A stretch of 64,000 nucleotides of DNA. It comes from Alphaproteobacteria bacterium (GTDB lineage Bacteria; Pseudomonadota; Alphaproteobacteria; GM7ARS4; G965262615). Each line of letters opens with the position of its first letter. Position 1 is the first letter of the stretch. The notes under the pieces are model-generated. The model was not told the DNA's origin. It ran no database searches and was given only the letters and a program-made list of their open reading frames with translations. The DNA is taken from assembly GCA_965262615.1 (NCBI GenBank), contig OZ253545.1, positions 1,376,001 to 1,440,000 on the forward strand. Direction: 5' to 3'. Position numbers and translations under genes: made by a program. Of this stretch, positions 61,109-64,000 are shown one piece after another.

Positions 61109-61723
61109 TCATTGAGCCAAAAGATTGCCTTTGAAGGCTTCATTTAAGATGGAATTTTTGAGGTTGGCAAGTTCCGTTTGTTTTTGTGTGGTGGTGGCGA
61201 GAGCGTGATTGATTTCGTCAAAGATGGCATCCAGCTTGGCGACAATCCGCTCCTGCTCCTCCAGCGGCGGCAGGGGAAGAGTTATAGCTTCTATCTGCTC
61301 TTTGTTAATTGAGTTATAAATTGCACCAGAGCTACCTTTCAAACTATCAGTAAGAGAAAGAAGAATTAGGTAAAGGCAATCTTTGCTTACTCCATCTTTG
61401 GCGCGTATCGCAGCTAGCCCTCTACCAATGCAAATCTCTTCTGTTGCTATATTCAATGCTCCAACGGGGGCGCGAACAGACATTAATATATCGTCCTTAA
61501 TTGCCTTTCTTGTTATTTTAGTTGTCCAAACCGTAGGCGAATTAAGATATTTTTTGCCATAATCTTTTTTCCCCTGATAGAACGGTAATCCGTTACCATT
61601 TTTGTTGTAGTTTTCACCTTTTGGGGCTTGTCCAGCGATAACAATAGCAACATCCCCCAATTTCACCATCTGCCATCCTTTGGGCAGAGGATTGCCATCC
61701 ATGCTCTGTTTGCCATCAGCCAT
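61109..61723 (-). CDS. hsdS: Half-size type I specificity subunit (single TRD)
   Basis: LPKGW..VKLGDV, DILMSVRAPVG, PLPPLEEQERIV, AFKG.L. Confidence 0.88.
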   Translation of the reverse strand: MADGKQSMDGNPLPKGWQMVKLGDVAIVIAGQAPKGENYNKNGNGLPFYQGKKDYGKKYLNSPTVWTTKITRKAIKDDILMSVRAPVGALNIATEEICIGRGLAAIRAKDGVSKDCLYLILLSLTDSLKGSSGAIYNSINKEQIEAITLPLPPLEEQERIVAKLDAIFDEINHALATTTQKQTELANLKNSILNEAFKGNLLAQ

Positions 61724-62135
61724 TCTTTGTCTGATTCCATGTAAAATTTTGCGCTATGGCAGCAAAAGCGGGATAAAATCGCTTGGTGATGTCTTCAGCC
61801 ACTTTTTGTGCGATTCCCTCATCGTAAATATGGTGTGCCTTGCGGCGACCCTCCACGACACCCAGCCAAAGAGCCTTATCCATAATCAAGCCATGAGCAC
61901 AAGCCTCTCTGACCACATCCTCACCCTGAGCAAGCCCCTTAATGCCGAGCTCTCGCAAACAATCCCTGAAAACATTGATGACCAATTCTTCAGACATTTC
62001 AAAATATTTCACCATCACCGTGCGTTCATTCTCAGATAAAGGACGCTTCTCGGCAAGCTCCGCCATCCTCTTTAGATGACGGAGAGATTTCACATAATTA
62101 CTGAATCTTTGTTTCCAGCGCGCATCATTCATCAT
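61716..62135 (-). CDS. HI0074-family nucleotidyltransferase substrate-binding (HEPN) protein
   Basis: RWKQRF.NY..SL, FE...E, W.....GR....H.YDE; GGAGGAG RBS. Confidence 0.85.
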   Translation of the reverse strand: MMNDARWKQRFSNYVKSLRHLKRMAELAEKRPLSENERTVMVKYFEMSEELVINVFRDCLRELGIKGLAQGEDVVREACAHGLIMDKALWLGVVEGRRKAHHIYDEGIAQKVAEDITKRFYPAFAAIAQNFTWNQTKNG

Positions 62136-62187
62136 GCTCTCCTCCCAACAGTTCTTTGATGCGTTCCATTGATTGACGCACCTCATG
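62125..62187 (-). repeat. Diverged second copy of an hsdM 3' end (EVRQSMERIKELLGGEHDE*)
   Basis: Aligns to DAQLSIEKIKTLLGVES* at 62587-62640; overlaps the next start codon in a similar way. Confidence 0.7.
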
Positions 62188-62228
62188 GCGACCCTCTACG
62201 ACACCCAGCCAAAGACGCTTATCTGCAA

Positions 62229-62480
62229 TCAAGAGAAGAAGGTCTGCCCTAACATCATAAGCAAGATGGAAGAACCAAGCCCTAGAAGCCAGTTAAAAAT
62301 CTCAGCTGTCTTTTTATTGATATCTTCTTTCAGTTCGCCTTTGATTTCGGACATACGAAGTTCCACACGGCTTTCGATTCCAGCCACATCTTCCTTAGTC
62401 GCGGCATTTTCTATATGCCTCTCCAAACGCTCGTCCAGACGCGCTACAGTGTGACTGACATCTTCCCAAGGCTGTCCCAT
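62229..62480 (-). CDS. Small coiled-coil + C-terminal TM protein (XhlA/CCDC90-like)
   Basis: ATKEDV..IE motif, C-terminal hydrophobic helix; own TTGACA-17-TACAAA promoter 7 nt upstream of ATG. Confidence 0.65.
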   Translation of the reverse strand: MGQPWEDVSHTVARLDERLERHIENAATKEDVAGIESRVELRMSEIKGELKEDINKKTAEIFNWLLGLGSSILLMMLGQTFFS

Positions 62481-62586
62481 GCCACTATTTGTATGCGGAG
62501 TGATGATTTTTGTCAAGCACTTATTTGTAGGATAAAATCGCTCGGCTATCTTCTCAAAAGCTTCTGCGAATTCTTGTCGGCATCCG

Positions 62587-64000
62587 TCATGATTCAACTC
62601 CCAAAAGCGTTTTTATTTTCTCTATAGAGAGCTGTGCATCTTTATCCAATTTTTCAACCTCTGCCAATATCTCCCCTGGTGTGCGGGTATCTTTCTTCTC
62701 TTTCCGATGGGGATTGCGCGCCGTCAAATCCCATGTGGTTTTTTCAACATCCTTGAAATGAATTGTCCAGCTGTTGTCGCTATTGGCTCTGGTTTTAGCA
62801 CAGATGAGAAAATCCTGCATGTCCGCTTCAGTCAGAGGCGTTGTCTTGCCAAACTTGCGATTGGGATTCATCTGATAATACCAAACACGCTCCGTCGGCT
62901 TGCCTTTCGTGAAAAACAAAACCACCGTTTTGACTCCCGTGCCGGTAAACGGCGTCTGAGGAAAATCCAAAACCGTATGAAGGTCGCAACTCCGCAAAAG
63001 CTCCTTGCGCAACGCAATGCTGGCGTTATCGGTATTGCTGAGAAAGGTGTTCTTAATCACAACGCCGCCACGTCCGCCCGCCTTCAGCATCTTGATAAAA
63101 TGCTGCAAAAACAAATACGCCGTCTCTCCCGTATCAATAGGAAAATTGTTCCTGATCTCCGAGCGTTCATTGCCGCCAAAAGGCGGATTCGCTAGAACAA
63201 TATCAACGCGATCTTTTTCTTCAATCTCGTTAATGTCCTGTGTCAGGGTGTTTTTGTGAATGATGTTGGGAGTCTTAATCCCATGCAAAATCATGTTCAT
63301 GATGCCAATCACATAGGCTAAAGACTTCTTTTCCGCACCACGAAAGGTATTTTTTTGTAACACATCTTCATCCTTTGTCGTCAGCTGGTCTTGGCTCTTG
63401 CGTAGATAGTCGTAAGCTTCACACAAAAAACCCGCACTGCCGCAAGCACCATCATAAATCGTGTCGCCAATCTGCGGAGCAATGACCTTTATGATCGCCT
63501 TGATCAGTGGGCGTGGCGTATAATACTCGCCGCCATTGCGTCCCGCATTGCCCATGCTCTTAATTTTATCCTCATACAGTGCGCTTAACTCATGACGCTC
63601 TTCAGCAATTCGAAAAAACGGCATCTCGTCAATTCTATCAATAACCTCACGCAAACTATAGCCACTTTGCAACTTGTTAGTGAGCTCATTAAAAATCTCA
63701 CCAATTTTATACTCAATGGTGTCGGCACTTTCTGCCTCCGTTTTGAATTTCCGCAAATAAGGGAAAAGCTCACCTTCCACAAAATATTTCAAATCATCGG
63801 CCGTCTTGGCAATATTGTAATCTAGCGTGCCATCGTCTTTTTTCGGAGCCGCCCAAACATCCCACGAAAAATCAGCCTTGAGAATAGGATTATAGTGCTT
63901 GCCATCAAGCTGCGAAGCTTCCAGCATCTCCTGCTCATAATCAGAAAGATACTTCAAAAATAAAATCCAAGAGGTTTGTTCAATATAATCAAGCTCACTG
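62587..64000 (-). CDS. hsdM: Type I RM methylase, 5' end outside window
   Basis: GEYYTPR, YDGACGSAGFL, ANPPFG; frame open to the edge (SELDYIEQTSWILFLKYL). Confidence 0.95.
   Translation of the reverse strand, partial: SELDYIEQTSWILFLKYLSDYEQEMLEASQLDGKHYNPILKADFSWDVWAAPKKDDGTLDYNIAKTADDLKYFVEGELFPYLRKFKTEAESADTIEYKIGEIFNELTNKLQSGYSLREVIDRIDEMPFFRIAEERHELSALYEDKIKSMGNAGRNGGEYYTPRPLIKAIIKVIAPQIGDTIYDGACGSAGFLCEAYDYLRKSQDQLTTKDEDVLQKNTFRGAEKKSLAYVIGIMNMILHGIKTPNIIHKNTLTQDINEIEEKDRVDIVLANPPFGGNERSEIRNNFPIDTGETAYLFLQHFIKMLKAGGRGGVVIKNTFLSNTDNASIALRKELLRSCDLHTVLDFPQTPFTGTGVKTVVLFFTKGKPTERVWYYQMNPNRKFGKTTPLTEADMQDFLICAKTRANSDNSWTIHFKDVEKTTWDLTARNPHRKEKKDTRTPGEILAEVEKLDKDAQLSIEKIKTLLGVES

Overview
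Alphaproteobacterial chromosome segment (etfAB, purB, phbAB, gatB, queA/tgt, ftsK, pnp-rpsO-truB, rpoH, coq7, dsbB, tRNAs) interrupted by many small, mostly AT-richer accessory genes. These include Sel1-DUF2971 x2, DUF4145, a DarT-macrodomain fusion, ImmA/DUF4411, DUF262, an orphan MTase, and type III and type I RM systems. The window opens inside a tandem array of at least 7 GT-C (ArnT/Rgt-like) glycosyltransferases. The most striking signal is not visible in the ORF track. The last 30-99 bp of host genes recur as a second, diverged copy, often changed mainly at third codon positions. The copy lies just beyond the inserted cargo (queA, gloA, coq7, hsdM), beyond a relocated cargo (phbB), or in tandem with no cargo (tgt x3, dsbB x2), and no intact integrase is present. 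This suggests a repeated tail-replacement route for installing cargo behind housekeeping genes. Also present are a decayed tRNA-Pro/Ser island with P4-type integrase and AlpA relics, a four-copy structured repeat family with its own promoters, and many apparently leaderless promoters. All calls are by eye; no searches were run.
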